The translations under genes were made by a program, and so were the position numbers. The notes under the pieces were generated by a model that saw only the letters and a program-made list of their open reading frames with translations, was not told where the DNA came from and made no database searches. Shown one piece after another: positions 22,495 through 36,124 of a stretch of 64,000 nt of DNA; position 1 is the stretch's first letter, and each line of letters starts with the position of its first letter. Origin of the DNA: Mobula hypostoma (taxonomy: Eukaryota); contig NC_086097.1 of assembly GCF_963921235.1 (NCBI RefSeq), positions 80,354,001-80,418,000 of the forward strand, in the 5' to 3' direction.

Positions 22495-23500
22495 GGGACT
22501 GATTCTAGCTGGAGGTCTGTGATTGGTAGTGTTCTGCAGGGATCTGTACTGGACCTTTGCTGTTTGTATGAAAATGCAGATGGGTGGGTTAGTAAGTTTG
22601 CAGATGATTCAAAGATTGGTGTTGTTGCGGATAGCACAGATGACTGGTAAAGGATACAGTGGCATATAGATCAGTTCCAGATATGGGCAGAGAAATTGCA
22701 AATGAAGTTTAGCCCAGCCAGTTGTGAAGTGTTGCACCTTGGCACCTTGGTATGTCAAATGTAAAGAGACAGTACACTGTTAAGGACAAGACCCTTAACA
22801 TTGTTGATGAGCAGAAGGATCTTGGAGTCCAAGTTCATAGCTCCCTGAAAGTGGTGATGCAGGTAGATAGGTTGGCAAAGATGGCATTTGCCATGCTAGC
22901 CTCTATTAATTAAGGTGTTGAGTTCAAAAGTCAGGAAGTTATTTTGCAGCTTTATAAAACTCTAGTTAGGCTGCTTCTGGGGCATTGCATAGAGTTGTGG
23001 TCGCCCCATTATAGGAAGGATGTTGAGACTTTGGAGAAGGAGAAGAGGTTTACCAGCAGGCTGCCTGGATTAGAGGGCATGTGTTCTACAACAAGAGGTT
23101 GGATAAGTTTGGGTTGTTTTCTCTGGAGCGGTGGAAGCTGAGAGGAAATCTGCATAGGCATAGATAGAGTAGACAGACAATATCTTTTTCTCAGGATTGA
23201 AATGTCTAATACCAGAGAACATGCACTGAAGGTGAAAGGGGATAGGTTCAAAAAAGATTTGAGAGTTATGTTTTTACTCAGAGAGTCATGGATGCCTGGA
23301 ATGCGCATCCTGGTGTGGTGGTAGAGGCAAATACATTGGAGGCTTTTAAGAGATGTGAGATGTTTGGATAGGCCCATGGATGCGTGGAAATGGAGGGATA
23401 TGAACATTGTGTAGGCAGAAGAGATAGTTTGATTCAGTTGGTTCGGCACAACATTGTGGGCTAAAGGGTCTGTTCCTGTGCTATACTGTTCTCTGCTCTA
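22495..23500 (+). mobile_element. CR1 LINE 3' fragment
   Basis: VLQGSVL, VSKFADDSKIG and QLYKTLVRLLL..WSPHYRKDV, followed by a CR1 3' UTR. Confidence 0.85.
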
Positions 23501-23581
23501 ATAATGAGAAACTATACATGAACAAAGACTGACAAACAAACAATGAAAAAGAAGGCAAATTGCACAAATAACTAAATACAC

Positions 23582-24761
23582 TGTCATGAGTTCCGTGGGT
23601 CTGTGCTAGGAGCCGTAGAGCATTGGACTTTGAGGTTTCTAGAGCACCTGCATGCGTTAATTGTTTTACTTAACTGGAGTTGTTAAGCCCTTGTGTTTTC
23701 TGTTTAATCTTGTCAGGTTTCTGGAGTCAACAATTCTGGAGGGCAGAGCTTAGTCATGGTGGCGCTAAACGGCGACTCCTTTGCTTGCATCTTTGAAAAC
23801 AGCTCTATTTCTATCTTTAATATGTCTATTTTTCCCTTTCAGGGTTCTTTTGAAGACCTTGACCTGGAGTTACACACTAACTTTGGTTCTTTGTGGGAAT
23901 GGGACCCGCTCTTAGGGTTTCATGACTGGCCGTTATCCAACATGCCAAGGGCGTGGCCTGAGAGCTCAGCTTGCCTTTGGAGACCTAGGATCTCAAGGCT
24001 CTGGAGACGGGTGGATTGAAGGTCGGTGTCCCGACAGACAGTGTGTCGTGGGAGACAGAAGATCTTTGGCTGTGTCCTCAGAGTCCTGAGATGTTTGGGC
24101 ACGGAGCTCGGAAAAATCGATGCAACGGACTTTTAACATCGTGAACCAACGAGTTGTTTGTTATGTCTCCCCTCCAACTGTGAAATAGAGACATCTCCTT
24201 CTCACTTATTAGGGAGAGAGAGAGCCCGTGGTATGTCGAATACTGGGTGAAACTCATAGTCTTTGAAGTACTGCAAGTCTCTATCTTTGCTGTTGCTTTT
24301 GCTGCATGCTTGAGTGCTCGGTGGTGGGTGCCGATGCTTTTTTTGCTGGTGGGTGGAGGGGGGATTGTTGCTTGCTGCCGCTTATGCGCGGAAGGGAAGG
24401 GAGCTGGGGAGTGACTTTGGGGTTCTAACATTTAACTGTCATTCATTCTTTGGGGCACTCCTCTGTTTTTGTGGTTGGTTGTGCAGGAAAAACATTTCAG
24501 GATGTATATTGTGTACATTTCTCTGACATTAAATGTACCTTTGAAACCTTTATTTTGTCTGGCATGGGTTTTCCACACACTGTGATTTATTTAAAGCAGA
24601 CTCCTGGTTAGCACTTATCATGGGGTCCTTGTTCTAAGAATGATTTTGGTTGAGCAACTGATATTGGAATTCCTACGTAGAAACTCTTGTCTCCGTCTCT
24701 ACATGGGAGTCTGTGGTTCCTCTGCACTTGGGTTCAGTTGTTGCCAGTATACACCGTGACA
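23582..24761. mobile_element. Probable solo LTR with a nested repeat, inserted in a Rex1 3' fragment
   Basis: Termini TGTCATG...CGTGACA, and the flanking Rex1-like 3' sequence resumes at 24762. No clean TSD. Confidence 0.45.
23755..24551 (+). repeat. Unclassified non-autonomous retroposon-like repeat
   Basis: 5' part matches 5946-6245. The 3' end has ATTAAA followed by a CCTTTGAAACCTTT tail. Confidence 0.6.
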
Positions 24762-25110
24762 AACAGATAAGTAAATAAATAATGTGGAGAACATGAGTTA
24801 CAGAGTACTGGAAAGTAAGTCTATAAGTTGTGGGATCTGGTGAGCAAAGTTATTCATTATACAAACGTAGTTCAGTAGCCTGATAGTTGTGGGATAATAA
24901 CTCATCCTGAACCTAGTGGTGTGGGAACTATGGCTCCTGCATCTCCAGCCCGATGGTAGGAGCAAGAAGAGAGTATGGTCTGATTGATGGGGTTTCTTGA
25001 TGATGGAAGCTCCTTTTTAATTGCAATTCTCCATGTAAATGCCCTCAACGGTGAAGAGGGCTTTACCTGCGATGGATTGGTTTGTATATCCATCACTTTC
25101 TGTAGACTTC
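24762..25110 (-). mobile_element. Rex1/Babar 3' fragment
   Basis: Similar to 6790-7050 and 39800-40030. Confidence 0.65.
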
Positions 25111-26714
25111 CACTAACAAAGATACTTAGAAAATTTGGTTTTGACTAGAAGATGGGAGCTTGAGGGTACCTTGCTTTACCATCTCATCTAAAGGTTGGCA
25201 TCTTAAACAATCTGTCCTGAGGTATTATATACGTAGTCGAGGTGTGTTGGTTGGGAATTTAAATTGTTCACATCACAGACCCACAGGATCATATAGTAAT
25301 GACATTTCTCCCATGTTCTGAAGCAGAGGGATGGATGCATTGCTGAAATTGGCAAATTACCTCTTCACAAGTGCATGCTGGATCCCAATTATGTTTTTGG
25401 GACCAAACTTCACTTGTAATTTCATATTCTAAAGAGAATTTCCCACCAACTGGAGCCACTGCTGAAATAATTTCAGATTTTTCTCTACAATGACGATAAT
25501 GTTAAGTAATACCTGTAAGGGATTCTACCTGTCTCAGAAATGAGTCATCCAGCAGGCAAGGCCAGAAATCAATTCCCACAATTTACATTTCTTGGTGTGT
25601 GAAATTACATCATGTTCTGCTAAACTTCTGCCTGTTCCAGAATTCATGTGAGAAAGGGTCTGAAACAAATCTAGATCTTATTTCTTGAGAAGAGGGTGAA
25701 TTCACATTTTACCATTCAGTTGTCTGAAGAAATACTGTAAGACCATAATCTCACACATCCCTGGCTTGGATTGTTCGACTATAGTAATAGGTTTGGGACC
25801 AAAACTCAAGTTGGAATTTGAAACTGTGTCATTTAAGGGGAAGCTGGAGACAAATACAGTAGGTTTAGACTTGAGGTACCCTGAGTACAAATCCCAGAGA
25901 AGGCTTACACACGAGGATGGTAAAAAATTTCAGAATAAACACTCACAGCAAGATGTTGAGAACTGAACTTATGGACTTGCAGGTTGGCTGCCATGTGGAG
26001 CAACTGACCATAACTGATAACAAAAGCTGACATGGAGATCAGAATGTCAAAAACTATCAGCTCCTCCTGCAAAGCAACTAATAACTTCCGGTGTATGCAG
26101 ACACAAAACCTGAACGCTCACTGCATTATGGCACACTGACCATGGCATTTTATTTATAAAAAAGTCCTCAGTTTGCATTTCCCCTTTCCAAGAGATCCCT
26201 ATCATATTCAACACATTTCAGCATATTTGCAAAGGAATTTAAAATCAGAATGAATCAACCATTTGGTGATCTTCAGTTCAAAACATATTTTTCTTGTCTT
26301 CTGATGTGTATTTAACTCAAAATGACAAAAACATAACAGGCTGTATAGACGCATTAAATTTTGATTTTAAAAATGTCATTGGATAGAAGCTGATGAAAAA
26401 CAAATTGCAACACCACAGTGAACTATGATGATATCTGCATTTGGATGACTGATTGTGAAGTTGATTCTTATTCCCAACTGGTCTTATATGGACATTGTGT
26501 TTCCATCTAAACTTTCTCTCCTCCTAATGCCTAACAAATCTTCCATTCAGTCCTGGCTAAAGAATCACAAGAAATGGTTCCTCTTGTTATTCCTGCACTA
26601 TTACACTTGGTGACTTCATGGGCATAACCTTAGCACCCCTTCGCTTACACCAATATGCTGCATTTCATGTGGGATCATCTGCAAACATCGCAACACTTTC
26701 CTCAAATTAAATGG

Positions 26715-28197
26715 TTGCCTCTTCGTTGGTTATGTGGAACAGTCTGTGCTCCAAACATATTCTGGTACTGCTCCCCAACTTTTCCTTCGGTACATTGATG
26801 ACGACATTGGTGCTGCTTCCTGCACCCATGCTGAGCTCGTCAATTTCATCGACTTTACTTCTAACTTCCCCCAGCCCTCAAATTCACTTGCTCTATCTCG
26901 GACACTTCTCTCCCCTTTCTCGATCTCTCGGTCTCCATCTCTGGAGACAGGCTGTCCACTGACATCTTTTATAAGCCCACTAACTCTCATAACTACCTCA
27001 TCTATACCTGTTCTCACCCCACCACATGCAAAAGTGCCATTCCCTATCCCCAGTTCCTCCGTCTCCGCTGCATCTGCTCCGAGGATGAGATTTTCCATTC
27101 CAGGACATCTCAAATGTCCTCTTTCTTTAAGGATCGCAGTTTCCCTTCTGCTGTCATCAATGATGCCCTCACCCGCATCTCCTCCATTTCCCGCACTTCG
27201 GCTCTCACCCCATCCTCCCGCCACCACAACAGGGACAGAGTTCCCCTTGTCCTCACCTATCACCCCAGTAGCCTCCGGATCCAACACATTATCCTCCGCA
27301 ACTTCCGCCACCTTCAACAGGACCCCACCACTAAGCACATCTTTCCCTCTCCACCCCTCTCTGCTTTCCGCAGGAATCAGTCCCTCCACGACTCCCTGGT
27401 CCACACGAACCTCCCCACGGATCTCCCACCCGGCACTTATCTCTGTAAGCACAAGTGCTACACCTGTCCCTACACCTCCTCTCTTACCACCATTCAGGGC
27501 CCCAAACGGTCCTTCCAGGTGAGGCAAAACTTCACTTGTGAGTCTGTTGGGGTCACCTATTGCATCCGGTGCTCCCGGTGAGGCCTCCTCTACATCAGTG
27601 AAACCCGACGCAGGTTGGGGGACCGCTTTGTTGAGCACCTCCGCTCCGTCCGCCAAAACAGACAGGATTTCCCAGTGGCCGCCCACTTCAGCTCTGCTTC
27701 CCACTCCCATTCAGATTGTCCATACATGGCTTCCTCTACTGCCATGATGAGGCTAAACTCAGGTTGGAGGAACAACACCTCATATACCGTCTAGGTAGTC
27801 TCCAGCCCCTTGGTATGAAAATAGAATTCTCCAACTTCTGGTAATTCCCTCCCCCTCCCTTCCCCTATCCCTATGTCACTCTGCCCCCTCCCCCAGCTGC
27901 CTATCACCTCCCTCATGGTTCCACCTCCTTCTACTACCCATTGTGTTTTCCCCTATTCTTTCTTCACCTTTCCTGCCTATTACCTCCCTGCCTCCCCTCC
28001 CCCACCCCTTTATCGTTCCCCTTACTGGTTTTTCGCCTGGAACCTACCAGCCTTCTCCTTCCCACCCTCCCCCCACCTTCTTTATAGGGCCTCTGCCCCT
28101 TCCCCCTACAGTCCTGACGAAGGGTTCCGGCCCGAAATGTCGATCGAACTTTTCCACTGATGCTGCCTGACCTGCTGAGTTCCTCCAGCATGTTGTG
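26715..28197 (+). mobile_element. Penelope-like element, 5'-truncated (RT C-terminus, GIY-YIG, pLTR with hammerhead)
   Basis: FLRYIDDDIGAASCTHAELVNFI (RT), RVPLVLTYHP and FTCESVGVTYCIRCSR*GLLY (GIY-YIG with a nonsense codon); 3' region like 12885-13270. Confidence 0.9.
28110..28145 (+). ncRNA. Hammerhead ribozyme motif, stems slightly decayed
   Basis: AGTC-CTGACGA-AGGGTTCCGGCCC-GAAA-T-GTC-GATC: core intact, stem III C>T, stem I mismatched. Confidence 0.65.
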
Positions 28198-28679
28198 AAA
28201 ATGGTTGCAATCTCTCCTGAACAAGTTCCTTTATTCTAAGGGCTAGAAATCCTTCGTAGTAAATAGAAGCTCTATTTTTGTCACCTGATGGATGAAGAAA
28301 GAAAAACTGATTGTTAAATGATTGGTGCATTGTGGATATAAAGACAACTTTTATTATAGTCTTCCAGGCCCATGTTGCATTAATGCACTGGGTCACATGC
28401 ACTCAGCAACCCTATAGCATACATATGCGCTGAAAAAGCCGTATAGACTATGAATGTGGCAGCAGTTCCAATAGGTCAAAGGATTAATCAAATCTGAAAT
28501 CTCAAGGGCTGACAAAATAATCCTCACTGTTGGTTCTAATGTCTTCCATGTGACCGTAACGTCAACGTCTTTTTTTAAGTGGTGAGGTGGGGTTGACCGC
28601 ATTGATCTTGCTGCCCATTTGTGGTGATGCAATGTCCCTTCATTTCTATTTTCATCCCTCTTCCCTCTATTTTTTCCAG

Positions 28680-29025
28680 TTCCATCACAGGCAAACACTC
28701 CTCACCATTGACAGCATCTTCAAGATGCATTACCGCAAGAAGATGGCATCCATCAATAAGGGCCCCTATCATCTTGTTGCTACCAACAAGGAGGAGGTAC
28801 AAGAGCATGAAGACCCACACTCAACAATTCAGGAATAGATTCTTCCCCTCAGCCATCAGATTTCTGAATGGTCCACAAACCTATGAACACTGCTGCGTTA
28901 TTCTTTTTTTGCACTATTTATTTATTTTAATATTTTTTATTAATTTTACACCTTTTCACTGTAAAGCTGTTGCAAAACAAAAAAAATCACCATGTAAATT
29001 GATGAAAATAAATCAGATTCTGCTT
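28680..29025 (+). mobile_element. Rex1/Babar 3' fragment
   Basis: LLPTRRRYKSMKTHTQQFRNRFFPSAIRFLNG, followed by a Rex1-type 3' UTR. Confidence 0.7.
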
Positions 29026-31272
29026 AATTCCACTTCATTGTCCCTGCAAGCTTATCAACTCCTCCCAGATTCTACCATTCACTCAAACACTAGAGGCAAT
29101 TTGGGTTGTGAGTTTAAACCAGAGTACCAGAGGGAACTCTCCAGCAATCACAGGCAGAATGATTAAACTCCAGAGGGACAAGTCAGGACTGAACTATAGA
29201 ACTGAACTCGTCTCACTGGACCTGTGAAGCACTGGCTCCACTAGAAGTATTGCCCACTTCATTTGCTTCCAGGGCCATGTCCAAATTTAATTAATCTAGA
29301 ATGGTTGATAAACTAATCCATGACACAATTCAACTGGAAATGTAAATAACTAACGTTTTAGATTGGTCAATGAGGTTAACTGAGGACCAGGATGACTTCT
29401 GATAATTATGATTTCAGATTTTAAACCAATGCATCATCCTTGTTATTTAATCCATTCAGATAATTTCATGTAGAAACATTGAGGCTACATTTATAAGCAA
29501 GACCTGCCTATAGTGACACCGGGAAGACTCACTCTAGAGACTTTATGGGTTGGTGGTGAAGTTATCTGGGAGAAAGAGAGCTCTGAATGCTAGTTTCCAA
29601 TTCCATAACTAGAAGGTGATTTCAGGACGTCATCAAGATAGCGTTCCTCGGTGCAATCAATGTGCTCCCAAGGCATTGGTCATATTGGTGGATTTGAAGT
29701 GTAAAACACAGAAACAGGGGAGAACTGAGCTATCAGTAACTGCACAAGTGTGTGCTATTTGATATAAAGAAATAAAGCATATGATTTAATTTTTCTTTTA
29801 AATTATGCACTTGGACTGGTTCCCTCTGCCAGAATTCTGAACGGTCTATGAGCCCACGACACTACCTGATTTTTTTTTTGCACTATATATTTATTTTGTA
29901 ATTTACAGTCATTTTATGTTTTGCACAGTACTGCTGCTGCAACACAACAAATTACACATCATATAAGACAATGGTAATAAACTTAATTCTGATTCTGAAG
30001 TAACATTTTGGGGATGGCCTGTAATCAGTACTTAGGAACTGTTTTCACCTTGCGCCTGACTAAGCTTTATATTGTTTAGTCCGTTTTATCTGTCAAGTGA
30101 AATACTTGAACACTGGGCAAAAATGTTGCGAGACAGAACATGAATAATACATTTATTGGCATACTATTTTTCTTGTCTTTGTTGTGAGGTATGAAAGCAA
30201 TGTACTGTAATTTCAAAAAGGTATCATTTGGTAAAATGCAAAAGCAATCCAAATTGTTACAGGCAGAATCCTGCTGGCTGTAGCCTGCAATTCCAGTGAG
30301 AACAATTGGACTCCAGCAGTTCAGGTCATGTGTTTTTACATCCACAGCTCACCACAGATCTCAGAGGAGCCGTGTGTTAGTTGCTGATACCTCTGTTGAT
30401 CAATTACATCGCTCGGTCAACTTCAGAATTGGCACTTAGTTATACTGGGATTCCTCTGAGAACCTACTTCTGCAGATTTACAATACCTGGACATTTAGAT
30501 TAGGGAGACAAGCAGTGTGATCAGCTGTTTGTTTTATTTATTTTTTATTTTAAATATTTAATATCACTAATTAATATTTTAATGGTTTCTATATTATTTT
30601 TGGGAAAATATACATATTTTTCTTTTTAGAAGATATTATAATTGCTTCAAATAATCAAATGTCTGGAAATCCGAGATGTTTAAAGACCTGCAAAACATGA
30701 CAAACTTTGAAAGGAAATTTGTAAATCTCTCAACCCCTGACATCGAGGTCAAAAAGCCTAGAACAATTGGACCCAATCATCCACTCTGCAGCAGGATGGG
30801 GTGTGTCTGAGAGGGAGTTTAGGTGAATCAAGTACAGTTTCACTCAAAATTACCAGGAAGCACGAGAAGTTTGGTTTGAAATGAATCACAGAGAGGCACA
30901 CTACATCATAACCCTCTCTTCTCAGGGACTGAGATTGACTAAGGAAGTCAATCCAGAATGAGAATCTGTCAATTGTAGCTTATTAGTTAGAGAGTCTCCT
31001 GAAAGTGATGTTTAGGTCGAGGGGATCTGAACTGTTTATGGTCCCTGCACAAAATTTTACCTTCAGAAAATATGTCCCTTCATTATTTCCTTTTCTTGAC
31101 ATATTTATGTTAGACTGAAGAGGAGGACTCAGTGCAGTATTGTGACAGCTGCCAGGCAGCAGTGATACAAAGAGTGTCAGAATGTGAAGCTTCGGGAAAG
31201 TTTTAAGTGCATTACTTTTCATTTCCTTTTCAACCAGCAGCTCTGGATTATAGGTACTTCTACTAGAAAGTC

Positions 31273-31481
31273 ACACACAAGGCAGTGGAAGAACTTAATG
31301 GGTCAAGCAGAATCTATGGAGGAAATTGGACAATTGACATCTTGGGTTGAGACATGTCATCTGGACTTCATCCTTTACCTTGAGTATGGATGAAAGGTCT
31401 CAACCCAAAATATTGACTGTTCATTCCACCCCTCCCCATTGATGTTGCTTGACCCACTGAGTTCTTCCAGTGCTTTGCGGT
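31273..31481. repeat. Inverted pair of Penelope pLTR ends with degenerate hammerheads
   Basis: Arms 31273-31367 and 31383-31481 are approximate reverse complements, each homologous to the hammerhead-flanking region of 28110-28197. Confidence 0.7.
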
Positions 31482-31489
31482 TTCGTATA

Positions 31490-32715
31490 GTCTTACAACA
31501 CAGAAGTAAGCCTTTTGACCCACCTAGTTGATGCTGAGGTATTGTGCTGCCTAGTCCCATCAACGTGCACCCAGACGATAGGCCTCCATACCCCTCCCAT
31601 TTATGTACTTAACCAAATTTCTCTTAAATGTTGAACCTGCGTCCACCACTTCCGCTGGCAGTTCGTTCCGCACTCTCACCACCTTCTGAGTGATGAAGTT
31701 CCTCTTCATGTTCCCCTTAAACCATAGGCCATAAGATCATAAGACATAGGGGCAGAACTAGGCCATTTGGCTGATTGAGTCTGCTCCACCATTCAATCAT
31801 AGCTGATCCTTTTATTCCCTTCCTTAGCCCCACTGCCTGGCCTTCGCCCCATAATCTTTGATGCCATGGCCAATCAAGAACCTGTCAACCTCTGCCTTCA
31901 ATACATCCAATGATCTGGCCTCCACAGCTACCTGTGGTAACAAGTTCCACAAATTCACTACCCATTCTCTGCATCTATCACCCTTAACCCATGACCTTTA
32001 GTTCCAGTCTCAGGGAATCTCAGTGGAAAAAGCCTGCTTACATTTAGCCTATCTATATTCCTCATTATTTTGTATACCTCTATCAGGTCTCTCCTTATTC
32101 TCCTACACTCCAGGAAATAACCTATCCATCCTTTCCCTAGAATTCAGGTCCTCAAGTCCTAGCATCATCCTTATAAATTTTCTCTGTACTCTTTCAATCC
32201 TATTGATATCTTTCCCGTAGGTAGGGGACCAGAACTGTACACAATACTCCAAATTAGGCCTCACTAATGTCTTGTATAACTTCAACATAACATCTCAGCT
32301 CCTGTACTTAATACTTTGATTTATGAAGGCCAATGTGCCAAAAGCTCTCTTTATGGCCCTATTTAACTGTGACTCTACTTTCAAGGAATTATGGATCTCT
32401 GTTCCCAGATCCATTTGTTCTTCTACACTCATCAGTGCCCCATCACACACTATGTAAGTTTTGCCTTGGTTTGTTCTCCCAAAGAGCAACACCTCACACT
32501 TGTCTGCATTAAATTCCATCTGCCACTTTTCAGCCCATTTTTACAGCTGGTCAAGATCCCACTACAATTTTGGTGTCATCCCCAAATTTGCTGATCTAGT
32601 TTATCACATTATCATCCAAATCATTGGTATAGATGACAAACAACAACAGACTCAGAACCAATCCCTATGTCACATGCCTCCCATCAGAGAGGCAACCATC
32701 TACTACCACTCACTG
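31490..32715 (-). mobile_element. CR1 3' fragment with a nested CR1 3' end at about 31722-31965
   Basis: MEFNADKCEVLLFGRTNQG and [21 protein letters not shown]. Confidence 0.85.
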
Positions 32716-33109
32716 ACTCCTAATGGAAAATACCTGGCTCAACAAGAAAGATAATTCCCCTGTCTAACCAAGGAATTAGATTACAAGACAATATTAAGAA
32801 CCCACCATTTCCACACCCCCCATCCCACTTTCATGAGTGAGACAAATTCAGGTGCAAATATTTATTGAGGTATTGTTATTCTAGTATTTATGTTAAATGT
32901 TTCTTGTTGTGTAACATGACGAAGCAGCCTGACTGAATGGACGCTTTCCATTTCAGTCTGCATCATTTGTTGTTAGATGTATCCATCTAGAATGTATCTA
33001 GAATACTTGCACTTACTCCAGCCAACTACTTCCACAGTGACATGTCTGCAAGTCCATTCTGTTAGACTGCATCTGTGATTATCAATCTTTACCAATCCAT
33101 CTCAATTTG

Positions 33110-35358
33110 ATACAGGGCCCTGGTGAGACCACACCTGGAATATTGTGTACAGTTTTGGTCTCCAAATTTGAGGAAGGACATTCTAGCTATTGAGGGAGTG
33201 CAGTGTAGATTCACGAGGTTAATTCCCGGGATGGCGGGACTGTCATATAGAAACATAGAAACATAGAAAATAGGTGCAGGAGTAGGCCATTCGGCCCTTC
33301 GAGCCTGCACCGCCATTTATTATGATCATGGCTGATCCTCCAACTCAGAACCCCGCCCCAGCCTTCCCTCCATACCCCCTGACCCCTGTAGCCACAAGGG
33401 CCATATCTAACTCCCTCTTAAATATAGCCAATGAACTGGCCTCAACTGTTTCCTGTGGCAGAGAATTCCACAGATTCACCACTCTCTGTGTGAAGAAGTT
33501 TTTCCTAATCTCGGTCCTAAAAGGCTTCCCCTCTATCCTCAAACTGTGGCCCCTCATTCTGGACTTCCCCAACATCGGGAACAACCTTCCTGCATCTAGC
33601 CTGTCCAATCCCTTTAGGATCTTATACGTTTCAATCAGATCCCCCCTCAATCTTCTAAATTCCAACGAGTACAAGCCCAGTTCATCCAGTCTTTCTTCAT
33701 ATGAAAGTCCTGCCATCCCAGGAATCAATCTGGTGAACCTTCTTTGTACTCCCTCTATGGCAAGGATGTCTTTCCTCAGATTAGGGGACCAAAACTGCAC
33801 ACAATACTCCAGGTGTGGTCTCACCAAGGCCTTGTACAACTGCAGTAGTACCTCCCTGCTCCTGTACTCGAATCCTCTCGCTATAAATGTCAGCATACCA
33901 TTCGCCTTTTTCACCGCCTGCTGTACCTGCATGCCCACTTTCAATGACTGGTGTATAATGACATCCAGGTCTCATTGCACCTCCCCTTTTCCTAATCGGC
34001 CACCATTCAGATTATAATCTGTTTTCCTATTTTTGCCACCAAAGTGGATAACTTCACATTTATCCACATTAAATTGCATCTGCCATGAATTTGCCCACTC
34101 ACCCAACCTATCCAAGTCACCCTGCATCCTCTTAGCATCCTCCTCACAGCTAACACTGCCACCCAGCTTCGTGTCATCCGCAAACTTGGAGATGCTGCAT
34201 TTAATTCCCTCATCCAAGTCATTAATATATATTGTAAACAACTGGGGTCCCAGCACTGTGCCTTGCGGTACCCCACTAGTCACTGCCTGCCATTCTGAAA
34301 AGGTCCCGTTTATTCCCACTCTTTGCTTCCTGTCTGCTAACCAATTCTGTATCCACATCATTACCTTACCCCCAATACCGTGTGCTTTAAGTTTGCACAC
34401 TAACCTCCTGTGTGGGACCTTGTCAAAAGCCTTTTGAAAATCCAAATATACCACATCCACTGGTTCTCCCCTATCCACTCTACTAGTTACATCCTCAAAA
34501 AATTCTATGAGATTCGTCAGACATGATTTTCCTTTCACAAATCCATGCTGACTTTGTCCGATCATTTCACCGCTTTCCAAATGTGCTGTTATCACATCCT
34601 TGATAACTGACTCCAGCAGTTTCCTCACCACCGATGTTAGGCTAACCAGTCTATAATTCCCCGGTTTCTCTCTCCCTCCTTTTTTAAAAAGTGGAGTTAC
34701 ATTAGCCACCCTCCAATCCTCAGGAACTAGTCCAGAATCTAACGAGTTTTGAAAAATTATCACTAATGCATCCACTATTTCTTGGGCTACTTCCTTAAGC
34801 ACTCTAGGATGCAGACCATCTGGCCCTGGGGATTTATCTGCCTTCAATCCCTTCAATTTACCTAACACCACTTCCCTACTAACATGTATTTCGCTCAGTT
34901 CTTCCATCTCACTGTGAAAGATTGGAGTGACTGGGGTTGTATACACTGGAATTTAGAAGGATGAGAGGGGATCTGATTGAAACATATAAGATTATTAAGG
35001 GATTGGACACGCTAGAGGCAGGAAACATGTTCCCGATGTTGGGGGAGTCCAGAACCAGAGGCCACAGTTTAAGAATAAGGGGTAGACAATTTAGAATGGA
35101 GTTGAGGGAAAGACTTTTTCACACAGAGGGTTGTGGTTCTGTGGAATGCTCTGCCTCAGAAGGCAGTGGAGGCCAATTCTATGGATTCTTTCAAAAAAGA
35201 GTTAGATGGAGCTCTTAAAGATAGTGGAGTGAAGGGATATAAGGAGAAGGTAGGAACAGGGTACTGATTGTGGATGATCAGCCATAATCACAGCGAATGG
35301 CGGTGCTGGCTTGAAGGGCTGAATGGTCTACTCCTGCACCTATTGTCTATTGCCTATT
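33110..35358 (+). mobile_element. CR1 3' fragment (33110-33248 plus 34915-35358) split by a younger CR1
   Basis: GGGACTGTCATAT resumes as TGAAAGATTGGAG at 34915; YTLEFRRMRGDLIETYKII; CTATTG-type tail. Confidence 0.85.
33247..34914 (-). mobile_element. Young CR1 LINE, 5'-truncated, RT domain with one nonsense codon
   Basis: ORFs 33972-34946 and 33345-33944 are in frame across a TGA (likely CGA). Motifs LDFQKAFDKVPH, GVPQG and FADD; (TTCTATGT)n tail. Confidence 0.95.
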
Positions 35359-36124
35359 GATACACTGTGAGGATTGGTACTATTTTTTAAAAATTGCGAA
35401 ATCCATGCTGTGAAATAGATGTGACAATAAAAAAAAGACCACATCTTCAAACGTAACCTGTCTGTCACAAACAGGCACATTACTATTAGGTTTGATGTTA
35501 ATACATCCAAAGAGTCTTTGCAGAGAACACGATGACAACACATCTGTACCTATTATGTTCAATAAGACCCATTAGTGTCTCAGGAGAATCTTATTTGTAG
35601 TAACATCTGTACTTCATTTTACACTGATGGGGTCTGATTGCTGTGTGATCTTTTAAAGGGGATGTGGATTCAGAGAAGATGTTTTGGAAGGTCTTTTCTG
35701 GATGACCTGCAAATAGAAAATTGCCTTATCTCATCAGAATGGTTCAAGCTGTCCTTAAAACAATAAAGCTAAGTAATTCATTCGGCATATTCCATAATCC
35801 AGTTAATCTCCTTGCTCAACTTTAAAAATAATCACAAAGATTCTTTCCCTTATCTCTATGATCATTCCCTCTCAATGACATTAAGGCTAAAAGAAAAAAC
35901 TTGCTCATTTGGAAGTAGGATAAAGGTGAATCATAAAAACAAGGACAGGAAATTTGAAAAAGAGGGTTCCTTAAGCAGAAGACACTGTAAATCAGTGAGT
36001 ACAGCAGCACAGTGTGAGTGGACACACTGTGAGAGTTAGGGCATGAATATCAGAGCTATGGATGGCTAACACAAGGAGATCAGATAACCAAAATGGTTTT
36101 TAAAAGTTAAAGCTGAACCACCTT

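Noticed and set aside
26730..27710. 326-aa minus-strand ORF as an independent gene
   Set aside because: Antisense shadow of the C-rich Penelope RT/EN region; no recognisable domain.
33322..34437. Plus-strand ORFs of 231 and 134 aa (and equivalents at 46948-48062)
   Set aside because: Antisense frames of CR1 ORF2.
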